DNA of 32,000 nt from the NCBI RefSeq assembly GCF_000008625.1, contig NC_000918.1, positions 1,170,001 to 1,202,000 on the forward strand, given 5' to 3'. The notes under the pieces were generated by a model. It saw only the letters and a list, made by a program, of their open reading frames with translations. It was not told the origin of the DNA and ran no database searches. Of this stretch, positions 16,100-28,440 are shown one piece after another. This DNA comes from Aquifex aeolicus VF5. Lineage in GTDB: Bacteria > Aquificota > Aquificia > Aquificales > Aquificaceae. Within the stretch, counting starts at the first letter, position 1. The number at the start of each line of letters is the position of its first letter. A program made the position numbers and the translations under genes.

Positions 16100-17541
16100 C
16101 AGAAGAACCTCTTTATATATCTGATAATATAGGGCTCGTAATGCTTCGGTGTTATCTCCACCTCCGCTTTTATCCCGTGGTGTAGCTCCTGAGGATACTC
16201 GAAAAGTTCTATCTTCACGGGAACGTCCGGAAGGGCGTACTCTTCACTTTCCGATATCATACTCTCGTCTCCCAGAGCCTTCTTACCTATGGCAATTACT
16301 TTGCCTTCCACGGTCTTTTCTATACTCGGGAAGTAGACACGAGCTTTATCCCCTACGTTTATGTAAAGTACATCCCTCTTTTTAAACCTCGCAATTACGT
16401 AGCCCTTTTTCTCTAAACTCTCTATCACCATAACGGGCATACCCGGTGTGAGAATCTGTCCTTCCAAGTAGTAAACCGAAAGCACTATCCCGTCAAAGGG
16501 AGCCCTGTAAATCTCAAAGTTGTCCTCTTCATCCCCTCCTCCGCCACCCGCGTAAAAGCTGCCCAGCTCCTTAAGGAGTGTGTATAAGAAAGCCAGATAC
16601 CTCTCGTCGGCACTCTTTTCTTTTTCCAACTCCCTTAAGGACAGGAGAAGCTCTTTATACTCATTTTCTTTATCTTCGTACACACTCCTGCTTATGTACC
16701 CGAGCTCAAAGGCGCTTTTTGCTTTTTCAAGTTCTACTTTTAAACTTCTTAGGCGGAATCTAGTGGCTTTTATCCTTTCATCAAGCAGGGCTATCTTATT
16801 CTTAGTCTTCTCAATTTCCCTTAGTATGGCAGCCCTGTCTCTCAGTATCCTAACACCAACACCCCCGTATCCGTCCTTTTCATCCTCTATCCTTGAGGTC
16901 TTAAAAAGTACTTGATTTTTCCTTACTTCGTCCCCTTCCTTCACGTAAACCTTTTCGAGGATTGCCTCCCAAGGCGTGATTAGAGAAACTACGTTTCCCG
17001 AATAAAACGCATCAACACTGTAAGCTTTCGGCGTAGCCCAGAATACGAGGTAAAGCCCGAAAGCAAGGGCTAAGGCTATTAAAAGGTATACAAGTATCGC
17101 TATAAATAACTTCCTGTTTAGCCTTCTTTCCTCTTCTTCCGTTAAAGGTTCCTCTATAGGCGGTGGGACCATAAGGCGTTCAGCGGTACTCAGGAATTCA
17201 CCGAATTCTTCCAACCTCCCCTCTATGTAAGCCTGTACATACTTCTTTAAAATCTCTTTGGCTTCATCGGGCAGTTCCTTAAACTCAAAACCAGCCTGAT
17301 CTTCACTGCTCCACTTGTTTATAGCTTCAGCATTTATGGCAACGTTGAAACTTGCAAAGGGAAGTATGAACTTTACTTTGTAAACTTTGTCTTTTTCAAA
17401 TACATCCTCCTTACTTTTCTCTATCCTGAAACCTTCGTAGGACCAGTCGAGGACTTTGTACTCCTTTCCGTCAATTGAGACTTTTGCAGGTATTTTTAAT
17501 CTGTAAGTTTTTCGGAGGTGGGCGTCCTCAAATTCAGCCAT
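16099..17541 (-). CDS. PilZ domain plus HlyD-type membrane fusion protein (Alg44-like)
   Basis: RKTYR (RxxxR) and DWSYEG (D/NxSxxG) PilZ motifs near the N-terminus; one TM segment; HlyD lipoyl/hairpin sequence VSLITPWEAILEKVYVKEGDEVRKNQVLF and IYRAPFDGIVLSVYYLEGQILTPGMPV. Confidence 0.87.
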   Translation of the reverse strand: MAEFEDAHLRKTYRLKIPAKVSIDGKEYKVLDWSYEGFRIEKSKEDVFEKDKVYKVKFILPFASFNVAINAEAINKWSSEDQAGFEFKELPDEAKEILKKYVQAYIEGRLEEFGEFLSTAERLMVPPPIEEPLTEEEERRLNRKLFIAILVYLLIALALAFGLYLVFWATPKAYSVDAFYSGNVVSLITPWEAILEKVYVKEGDEVRKNQVLFKTSRIEDEKDGYGGVGVRILRDRAAILREIEKTKNKIALLDERIKATRFRLRSLKVELEKAKSAFELGYISRSVYEDKENEYKELLLSLRELEKEKSADERYLAFLYTLLKELGSFYAGGGGGDEEDNFEIYRAPFDGIVLSVYYLEGQILTPGMPVMVIESLEKKGYVIARFKKRDVLYINVGDKARVYFPSIEKTVEGKVIAIGKKALGDESMISESEEYALPDVPVKIELFEYPQELHHGIKAEVEITPKHYEPYIIRYIKRFF

Positions 17542-19078
17542 CCAAAATCCTCCTTATTATTTCTTCTTCTTTTATGTCCATAAAGTAGATTAACTTCTGT
17601 ATATAGACGTAGTTTATGTACTTGAGGTAAATTAATTGTTCAAGCCTGTGGTATGTATCGAGTAAGTTCCTGAGTATAAGCGTGTAATTTGCCTCTCTCA
17701 AGCCGTTTTTCCAGAAGTAAATTTCCCTTTCTATCTCTAAAAAATTCACGTTTATCTGCTCAAGATGGTTAACTATATTTGAATAATTCCTGTTTATTCT
17801 TGAAATATAATCGAAAAGGAAGGAATAAGTCGTGGCATACGAAAGACGAGCACGCTCTTTAAAGGAAAGAATTTCTAGTTTATCAACCTTACCCAGGTCC
17901 GTAATTATATAAGGAATAGGCAGTTCAAACCTGAGTCCTAATGCCCAGAAATCTCTGGTGTTTCCGTCCTTTCCAGCGAAGTAGTACCTTGCAAATACAT
18001 CAAGGTCCGTGTGTCTGAGGTAAAACCACTTATCCGTGGTCTTTATTTCAAACTTTTTCAGATACTCCTCCACATCCTTTTTCCTTTTTTCGTAGTACTT
18101 CATAAATTCCTCTACGTTTATCTTCATTGGCTTTAAAAAGAAGCCGTTACTTACACTCTCTATTCCCTCTAATTCCTCCTTTTTTATCAGTTCTCTGTAA
18201 GGAAATCCCAAACTTTTATCGTAGCTTTCCGTAAATTTCACCCAGTCCTTTAATAAACTTAAGGTTTTATTCTTTTCACTTTCTACAACTCCCAGTTCGT
18301 ACTTCAGTCCTTTTAAAAATACCTCTTCCTGACTCTGAAAAGCCAGTAAGTAGGTGTACTCCTTTTGTATGTCAAATTCGGAAAATAGTTTTGCAAACTT
18401 TGCTCTTTCCTTTTCGTACTTAAAGTCTGCAAATCCCCTCCTGAAGAAGGAAAGTTTAAGTCCCAAATAACTGTACCACTTGTCCCCCAGGAGATTTTCC
18501 CCCGTTAAAGCCTTTCCCCTGTACCTGAACTCTCCGTTTATATACAGAGGAAAGGCTCTCTTGTAACTCTTTTCTTTCTGTTTGTACATCTCTACAACGG
18601 TGCTCTCTAACTTTTCAAAGGGCTTAACTTTTGTGGTGTTCCCTCTTGCAATAATTTCAGTTAATTTCTTCAGCTCCTCTATATTCTTTTCAAGAAGCAT
18701 TAAGAAGTTTTCCTTTGTAGTTTTACTTTCTTCAATTTCCTGTTGCTCGAGGGTTATCACCTTTTCAGGCTTGGGAAATACAACCCTACTTAGGTCATAT
18801 TCGCACACTCTTACAAAAGCATCTCTATATTTCTCCTTTATTTCGGGCAAAATTTTTAAAACGTCACTCTTATTTAAGTAAAACCCTATTCTGAGGGTGT
18901 AAAATCCACCTATTTTTTCAATTCTTACGTTGTCCATGTTTTTAAATTTTTCAAACAAAGGTATTAGATCTTCTAATTTTTCGGAAGAAGCTACTTGAAC
19001 GCAGTAGTAATTTTCTGATCTTGCAACGGATATGGTTATTAACAAAAGTAATAGAGAAAGAAGCACCCTTTTTCTCAT
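17534..19078 (-). CDS. Secreted SPOR-like domain protein with TolC-like helical/barrel body
   Basis: Signal peptide MRKRVLLSLLLLLITISVARS; SPOR-like YYCVQVASSEKLEDLIPLFEKFKNMDNVRIEKIGGFYTLRIGFY; strand-like DKWYSYLGLKLSFFRRG and RDFWALGLRFELPIPY. The track starts at GTG 19087, but ATG 19078 behind AGGTGG is more likely. Confidence 0.6.
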   Translation of the reverse strand: MRKRVLLSLLLLLITISVARSENYYCVQVASSEKLEDLIPLFEKFKNMDNVRIEKIGGFYTLRIGFYLNKSDVLKILPEIKEKYRDAFVRVCEYDLSRVVFPKPEKVITLEQQEIEESKTTKENFLMLLEKNIEELKKLTEIIARGNTTKVKPFEKLESTVVEMYKQKEKSYKRAFPLYINGEFRYRGKALTGENLLGDKWYSYLGLKLSFFRRGFADFKYEKERAKFAKLFSEFDIQKEYTYLLAFQSQEEVFLKGLKYELGVVESEKNKTLSLLKDWVKFTESYDKSLGFPYRELIKKEELEGIESVSNGFFLKPMKINVEEFMKYYEKRKKDVEEYLKKFEIKTTDKWFYLRHTDLDVFARYYFAGKDGNTRDFWALGLRFELPIPYIITDLGKVDKLEILSFKERARLSYATTYSFLFDYISRINRNYSNIVNHLEQINVNFLEIEREIYFWKNGLREANYTLILRNLLDTYHRLEQLIYLKYINYVYIQKLIYFMDIKEEEIIRRILDG

Positions 19079-19110
19079 AACCCCCACCTGATTGTATTAA
19101 TCTTAATACT

Positions 19111-19527
19111 ATGCTCAAGGTAAAAAAAGAAGTCCTTGAGAAAATGATAAAGCAGGCGGAAAGGGATTACCCTTACGAGACGTGCGGGTTGCTGATAGGA
19201 AAGTCAGAAGGAGGTATAAGGATAGCTTACGAGGCTTTTGAAACCCCTAATGCGAACCCCGATAGAAAACACGACAGGTACGAAATAGCTCCAAAGGACT
19301 ACATGAGGGCGGAAGATTACGCAATTTCAAAAGGTATGGAAATAGTAGGTGTTTATCACTCTCATCCGGACCACCCCGACAGACCTTCTCAGTTTGATCT
19401 GCAAAGGGCATTTCCCGACCTGTCCTACATAATTTTCTCAGTCCAGAAGGGAAAAGTAGCCTCTTACAGGAGCTGGGAACTGAAAGGTGATAAGTTCGAG
19501 GAAGAAGAGGTAGAGGTTTTCGAGTAA
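19111..19527 (+). CDS. JAMM/MPN+ (Mov34/JAB) metalloprotease
   Basis: YPYETCGLLIG and VGVYHSHPDHPDRPSQFD match the JAMM motif HxHPx(5)PSxxD. Confidence 0.9.
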   Translation: MLKVKKEVLEKMIKQAERDYPYETCGLLIGKSEGGIRIAYEAFETPNANPDRKHDRYEIAPKDYMRAEDYAISKGMEIVGVYHSHPDHPDRPSQFDLQRAFPDLSYIIFSVQKGKVASYRSWELKGDKFEEEEVEVFE

Positions 19528-20183
19528 TGGGACTGAAGGAAACGATAAAAGCCCTGGAAAGCATAGGGATAACGGAAATATACTTAAACAGGAAAATGGA
19601 AGAAAAGAAAGAGGATAAGTTTATCCTTCTAAAAAACCTCTACGAAGAGTGGAAAGACTGCACGAGGTGTGACCTTCACAAGAGCAGAACAAGAGTAGTT
19701 CCCGGAGACGGGAATCCTTACAGTCTTCTAGTCTTTGTGGGAGAGGCACCTGGTGAGGAAGAAGACAGACAGGGAAAACCTTTTGTAGGGAGAGCCGGGC
19801 AACTTTTGAATAGACTCATAGAGGAAGTTCTTGGAATGAAAAGGGAAGATGTTTACATAACGAATGTGTGCAAGTGCAGACCTCCCCAAAACAGAAAGCC
19901 AACGCCTATAGAAATGAGGGCATGTTTCCCTTACTTAAAAAAGGAAATTGAAATAATACAGCCTAAAGTTATTTGCTGTCTCGGAGCTACAGCAGGTGAA
20001 GGAATTCTAGGAAAGAGCTTAAGAATTACTAAAGTGAGAGGGCAGGTATTCCCTTATCCATACAATCCGAGGATAAAAGTCTTCTTAACTTACCACCCTG
20101 CCTACGTCCTTAGAAATCCGAAGGAAGAAACCACGATAATAAAGGACTTTGAAAAACTCAAAGAACTCCTCACTCAAGAATAG
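19527..20183 (+). CDS. Family 4 uracil-DNA glycosylase (4Fe-4S)
   Basis: LLVFVGEAPGEEEDRQGKPFVGRAGQLLNRLIEE, CKCRPPQNRKPTPIEMRAC, TYHPAYVLRNP; cysteine positions fit the Fe-S type. Confidence 0.92.
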   Translation: MGLKETIKALESIGITEIYLNRKMEEKKEDKFILLKNLYEEWKDCTRCDLHKSRTRVVPGDGNPYSLLVFVGEAPGEEEDRQGKPFVGRAGQLLNRLIEEVLGMKREDVYITNVCKCRPPQNRKPTPIEMRACFPYLKKEIEIIQPKVICCLGATAGEGILGKSLRITKVRGQVFPYPYNPRIKVFLTYHPAYVLRNPKEETTIIKDFEKLKELLTQE

Positions 20184-20991
20184 TTATTACCGAGTTCTTC
20201 TTCAGTTCCTTTAATAACTTTTCATACTCCTCCTGGAATTTTTTGGCGAGGATTTTCCTCTTGAGTTCCTCCTCGTTTACTCCTGAAACTTCCGTTAAAA
20301 TTTTTCCCACTTTAACCACGTATATCTGATCTTTATCCTCAGCAAATATTACATCACCTTCCTTCGATTTCCAGACCTGTTCATCAAGCTCCTTAATAAG
20401 GTCTCCCTTTTCCACTTCCAGAGATTGGTACTCACCACCGAGCTTTTCAGCGAGTTCCTTTAAGTTAAGATTTCCGCTTTCTATCTCTCTTAACAGCTCC
20501 TTTCCCTTGTCCTTCAGGATTGTTACAAGTTCTATCCTCTTCTTAGTCTTTACTTTTCCCTCCTTGAGCTTTGCAAGTTCGAGTTCTATTTCCGAAAGCT
20601 CCACTTTTCTCCTCAAGTACTCCCTCAGCCCCTCTGTTGCTATGAGTTCTTTCTTTACGAATTCCCTGAAGTCCTGCAGGGTCAAACCATACTTCGAAAG
20701 TTCCCGGGCTAGTTCCTGAGGCGTCATACCGTTTGCCTTCGCTATCTGCTGTACTATTTCGTCAACCTTTTCGTCTGGAATGTCTATTCCCTTCTGTACC
20801 AAGAACTGATAAATCAGGTTTATTTCTATTAGTCGGTTCAGGAGTTCTTTTCTATCCTTAACCCCGTAATAAAGCTCTGCCATCTTGAGATCACTTTCAA
20901 GAATAGGTTCCCTGTTAACCGAAGCTACAACCTTGTCTATTAACTTTCCGAAAGAAAAAGCGAGAAATAAAAGTATTACAAGTTTTCCCAG
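20170..20991 (-). CDS. SurA N-terminal-like periplasmic chaperone; track start is 20883, proposed start CTG at 20991
   Basis: Extending the frame upstream gives MGKLVILLFLAFSFGKLIDKVVASVNREPILESDLKM, a signal peptide followed by the SurA-type VNxEPIxxSDL block. An in-frame TAA lies just upstream. Confidence 0.65.
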   Translation of the reverse strand: MGKLVILLFLAFSFGKLIDKVVASVNREPILESDLKMAELYYGVKDRKELLNRLIEINLIYQFLVQKGIDIPDEKVDEIVQQIAKANGMTPQELARELSKYGLTLQDFREFVKKELIATEGLREYLRRKVELSEIELELAKLKEGKVKTKKRIELVTILKDKGKELLREIESGNLNLKELAEKLGGEYQSLEVEKGDLIKELDEQVWKSKEGDVIFAEDKDQIYVVKVGKILTEVSGVNEEELKRKILAKKFQEEYEKLLKELKKNSVITILE

Positions 20992-21805
20992 TAGACCTTA
21001 CTTGGTACTTTTTCAGAACCTCTGAAAGCCATTTCTTAAAAACCTCCTTACGTTTTTCCTTTAAGTACATCTTTTTCACCAAACTTTTTGCCCTTTCAAA
21101 GGGAATAAACCCCGCAGGCTTCTTGTCCAGTATTTTAAAAACCAAGTAACCGTCGTTTATCTTTATAGGTTTTGAGACCTCTCCTACACTTAAGGTTCTG
21201 AAGTTCCTCCTTATATACTTTGGAAGTGTAGGTATAGAATACCACAGCGGTTTAGAAACCTTAACATCCTCCGTAGAGGGAACCTCACCCTGTTTTAAAA
21301 TTTGGGAAATTCTTTCAGCTTCTTTTTTACTTTTCACATAAATTCCGAGCAGTTTTACACTTGATGGTCTGTAAAACTCCCTTTTGTAAAACTCATAGTA
21401 TGCCCTCAGAATATCTTCACTGGGATTTAGTTCCTGCTCTTTCATAAGTTTATCCACCAGCTTTTCCACTAAAATTTCGGCTTTCACCGCATTTATAACA
21501 CTTTTTTCCTTTATTTTTCTACCCACATACTTTCTAATAAAATCGTTAATTTCCTTTTCAGACACTTCAATTCCCATTTTTTTTGCCTCTTTTAGTATCA
21601 AGAGATCTGCAACGTAATCTATGAGGAAAATTCTCTTGTCTTCCTGTGTAGGTTTTGCAGAGGACAGATGAGTTATCCTTTTCCAGAAAACATGGAAGAG
21701 TGTATCCAGCTCTTCTTTAGTAACTTTATAACCGTCTACTTCCGCGACTATTTGGGAAAAGATAAATCCGATAAAAAACAAAATAACAAGAATAGGCTTT
21801 TTCAT
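20915..21805 (-). CDS. SurA/PpiC-like peptidyl-prolyl isomerase, exported
   Basis: Signal peptide MKKPILVILFFIGFIFSQIVAEVDGYKVTKEELD; parvulin-like LRTLSVGEVSKPIKINDGYLVFKILDKKPAGFIPFE. Confidence 0.82.
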   Translation of the reverse strand: MKKPILVILFFIGFIFSQIVAEVDGYKVTKEELDTLFHVFWKRITHLSSAKPTQEDKRIFLIDYVADLLILKEAKKMGIEVSEKEINDFIRKYVGRKIKEKSVINAVKAEILVEKLVDKLMKEQELNPSEDILRAYYEFYKREFYRPSSVKLLGIYVKSKKEAERISQILKQGEVPSTEDVKVSKPLWYSIPTLPKYIRRNFRTLSVGEVSKPIKINDGYLVFKILDKKPAGFIPFERAKSLVKKMYLKEKRKEVFKKWLSEVLKKYQVRSTGKTCNTFISRFFFRKVNRQGCSFG

Positions 21806-21899
21806 AAGGAAAATTTTACCTCTTGACTAGGGGTAGGAGTGGATATAGAATAAGGAGATGTCACAGGTGATTAACCTGAAGAAAGGCAGCTAAAAAGTC

Positions 21900-21927
21900 T
21901 TGACATTTTGTGAAAGATGTTTATAAT
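21900..21927 (+). promoter_or_regulatory. rRNA operon promoter, perfect sigma70 consensus
   Basis: TTGACA at 21900-21905, 16-nt spacer, TATAAT at 21922-21927, upstream of the rRNA leader. Confidence 0.85.
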
Positions 21928-21963
21928 TAAAATTTCGTGTCCGGGGCAATAACGCCCCACCTA

Positions 21964-21983
21964 GGCTCCTTGGCAACTGAATA
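21964..21983 (+). promoter_or_regulatory. boxA-like antitermination element in the 16S leader
   Basis: GGCTCCTTGGCAACTGAATA; resembles bacterial boxA (TGCTCTTTAACAA) and recurs before 23S. Confidence 0.55.
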
Positions 21984-22005
21984 GAGGGTGAGCCTCTCCT
22001 CCTTT
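21973..22005 (+). repeat. Left arm of the pre-16S processing stem
   Basis: GCAACTGAATAGAGGGTGAGCCTCTCCTCCTTT is complementary to 23712-23744 at 32 of 33 positions. Confidence 0.92.
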
Positions 22006-22070
22006 AATCAGTGGGGTCCAGCATCAGGTGATCCCAATTTCTGGTTCCCCATAAATCGCTTGCGCCTATT

Positions 22071-23655
<1,585 letters not shown>

Positions 23656-23668
23656 TAACGGAGACAAA

Positions 23669-23690
23669 AGCTCCCCACAAAAGGGGAGCT
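23669..23690 (+). repeat. Short hairpin in the 16S-tRNA-Ile spacer
   Basis: AGCTCCCC-ACAAAA-GGGGAGCT, perfect 8-bp stem. Confidence 0.75.
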
Positions 23691-23711
23691 CATCCCTGTC
23701 TAGTGCATATA

Positions 23712-23744
23712 AAAGGAGGAGAGGCTCACCCTCTACTCAGTTGC
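23712..23744 (+). repeat. Right arm of the pre-16S processing stem
   Basis: AAAGGAGGAGAGGCTCACCCTCTACTCAGTTGC pairs with 21973-22005. Confidence 0.92.
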
Positions 23745-23759
23745 TCCCCTTGCAAAGCA

Positions 23760-23833
23760 GGGCCTCTAGCTCAGCTGGTTAGAGCGTGCCCCTGATAAGG
23801 GCAAGGTCCCAGGTTCGAGTCCTGGGAGGCCCA
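23760..23833 (+). tRNA. tRNA-Ile (anticodon GAT)
   Basis: GGGCCTC acceptor, anticodon arm TGCCC-CTGATAA-GGGCA, T arm CCAGG-TTCGAGT-CCTGG, GAGGCCC 3' acceptor. Confidence 0.97.
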
Positions 23834-23849
23834 TATTAGGGGCACCTTC

Positions 23850-23922
23850 GGGGGTGTAGCTCAGCTGGGAGAGCGCCTGCTTTGCAAGCAGGAGGTCGTG
23901 GGTTCGAGTCCCACCACCTCCA
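23850..23922 (+). tRNA. tRNA-Ala (anticodon TGC)
   Basis: GGGGGTG acceptor, anticodon arm CCTGC-TTTGCAA-GCAGG, T arm GTGGG-TTCGAGT-CCCAC, CACCTCC 3' acceptor. Confidence 0.97.
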
Positions 23923-23925
23923 CTT

Positions 23926-23945
23926 GGCTCCTTGTCAACAGAATA
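23926..23945 (+). promoter_or_regulatory. Second boxA-like element, upstream of 23S
   Basis: GGCTCCTTGTCAACAGAATA, 18/20 identical to 21964-21983. Confidence 0.55.
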
Positions 23946-23971
23946 AAGCCTGTACCTCCTCCCGCCGGTGT

Positions 23972-23977
<6 letters not shown>
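23934..23977 (+). repeat. Left arm of the pre-23S processing stem
   Basis: GTCAACAGAATAAAGCCTGTACCTCCTCCCGCCGGTGTGCAAGT pairs along 44 nt with 26915-26958, with two G-U wobbles. Confidence 0.93.
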
Positions 23978-26914
<2,937 letters not shown>

Positions 26915-26920
<6 letters not shown>

Positions 26921-26958
26921 ACGCCGGTGGGAGGAGGTACAGGCTTTATTCTGTTGAC
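26915..26958 (+). repeat. Right arm of the pre-23S processing stem
   Basis: ACTTGCACGCCGGTGGGAGGAGGTACAGGCTTTATTCTGTTGAC pairs with 23934-23977. Confidence 0.93.
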
Positions 26959-26963
26959 GGATT

Positions 26964-27085
26964 GCCCCTGGTGGCCATAGCGGGGGGGAAACACCCGGTC
27001 CCATTCCGAACCCGGCAGTTAAGCCCCCCAGCGCCGATGATACTGTGCCGGCAGCGGCACGGGAAAGTAGGTCGCTGCCAGGGGC
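26964..27085 (+). rRNA. rrf: 5S ribosomal RNA
   Basis: GCCCCTGGTGGCCATAGCGGGGGGGAAACACCCGGTCCCATTCCGAACCCGG...; terminal helix GCCCCTGG/CCAGGGGC. Ends approximate. Confidence 0.94.
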
Positions 27086-27108
27086 TTTTAATTTAATTTA
27101 TTTAGAAA

Positions 27109-27185
27109 GGGCCCGTAGCTCAGTTGGATAGAGCAGGGGATTTCTAATCCCCAGGTCGGGGGTTCGAGTCCCTCCGGGCCCACCA
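27109..27185 (+). tRNA. tRNA-Arg (anticodon TCT), CCA encoded
   Basis: GGGCCCG acceptor, anticodon arm GGGGA-TTTCTAA-TCCCC, T arm GGGGG-TTCGAGT-CCCTC, CGGGCCC-A-CCA. Confidence 0.93.
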
Positions 27186-27189
27186 CTGG

Positions 27190-28440
27190 TTATTCAACTT
27201 TTATTAAAACTTCCTTTCCCTCAAATTCCAATCCTTCAATCAGTAATTTGTAATTCTTAAAATCCCTTAAATATTTTTTCTTGGTGATTACGTAATCACC
27301 TTTCTTAAATTTATTTTCTTTTGTTATACACCTGTAAAGGTAAGCTACTATTGCCGAGTTTTCATGTTTGTAAAAGTACAGTTTTTGAGGTTCGCTGTTT
27401 TTCAAGAAGTCTACCGCCTTAGGTGTAAACCTTTTCTGTTCGTAAATATAAACTCCAAACATCAGTATTAATAATAAGAAACTTCCAACTATGTAAGCAT
27501 ATTTTATGTACCTTTTTGTTAAGTAAAAACCAATAATAACGGATAGTGCCGGGTATGAAAATAAGATATAATGGTGAAGTTTATTTTTAGAAAGTGAGTA
27601 AAACACTAAAACCAAGAGAAACCATCCTGCGAAAGGAAGAAGTCTTTTATCAAAATCTTTAAGAATTTTTAGAAAAACAGGTAAAAATAAAATAGATGAA
27701 ACTAAAATCACTAAAGGATAAAAGTAAATGGGCATGTTGTGGATTTGATAGGTTCCTGTAAATCTGTAAATGTTTTCAAATATGAAAAACTTAAAGAAGA
27801 AATTGAAACCAAACTTGTAAATCATTAAAAAGTACCAAGAAAATCCTATCAAAATAAAAAGCAGTACTCCCTTAAAATTCAAGAACTTTAAATCTCTCCT
27901 CCAGAGGAGATAAATTCCTATTGGTAGGATAACGCCTACAGGCCCTTTTGTTAAAAACGCTAAGGCCAAGGCTGTCCATCCGAGAGTGAACCTATCTATT
28001 GAAAATAAGTAAACTCCTAAAGTGGAGAAAAATACGAGGGTAAATTCTGGGACGTAAGCCCTTGACTCTATCCACGTGTGAATAAATAGAGGAAATGTAA
28101 GAGCGGAAAGTAAAGCTTTTTCCCTTGAAACGTGTTTTAAAGTTATGAAATAAATAAGAAGCGTTGTGCCAAAAGCAGAAAGTCCGGAAATTAATCTGGC
28201 GGAGAATTCAGAAATGCCGAAAATTAAAAAGCTTAAACTTCCCAGCCAGTAAAGCATAGGAGGCTTTTCAAATCTGTAGTTACAGTTATAGTATGGAACT
28301 ATGAAATCACCGGTCCTTAACATGTGAAGTGTGGCGTAAAAGTTTCTCCCTTCGTCAAGGGAAGTCAAGGATAAAATCCAGTTTCCGAAAATGAAGAATA
28401 CAAAAGAAACGAGCGAAATAAGGAAAAGATCCTTTTTCAT
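27190..28440 (-). CDS. ArnT/PMT-like membrane glycosyltransferase (GT39/GT83 type)
   Basis: Many TM helices; [52 protein letters not shown] with the DE/KPP motifs of this superfamily. Confidence 0.85.
   Translation of the reverse strand: MKKDLFLISLVSFVFFIFGNWILSLTSLDEGRNFYATLHMLRTGDFIVPYYNCNYRFEKPPMLYWLGSLSFLIFGISEFSARLISGLSAFGTTLLIYFITLKHVSREKALLSALTFPLFIHTWIESRAYVPEFTLVFFSTLGVYLFSIDRFTLGWTALALAFLTKGPVGVILPIGIYLLWRRDLKFLNFKGVLLFILIGFSWYFLMIYKFGFNFFFKFFIFENIYRFTGTYQIHNMPIYFYPLVILVSSILFLPVFLKILKDFDKRLLPFAGWFLLVLVFYSLSKNKLHHYILFSYPALSVIIGFYLTKRYIKYAYIVGSFLLLILMFGVYIYEQKRFTPKAVDFLKNSEPQKLYFYKHENSAIVAYLYRCITKENKFKKGDYVITKKKYLRDFKNYKLLIEGLEFEGKEVLIKVE

Noticed and set aside
21823-21849. Second rRNA promoter TTGACT...TATAGA upstream of the perfect promoter
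   Set aside because: The spacer is only 15 nt and both boxes are imperfect, so the support is too weak to list as a feature.
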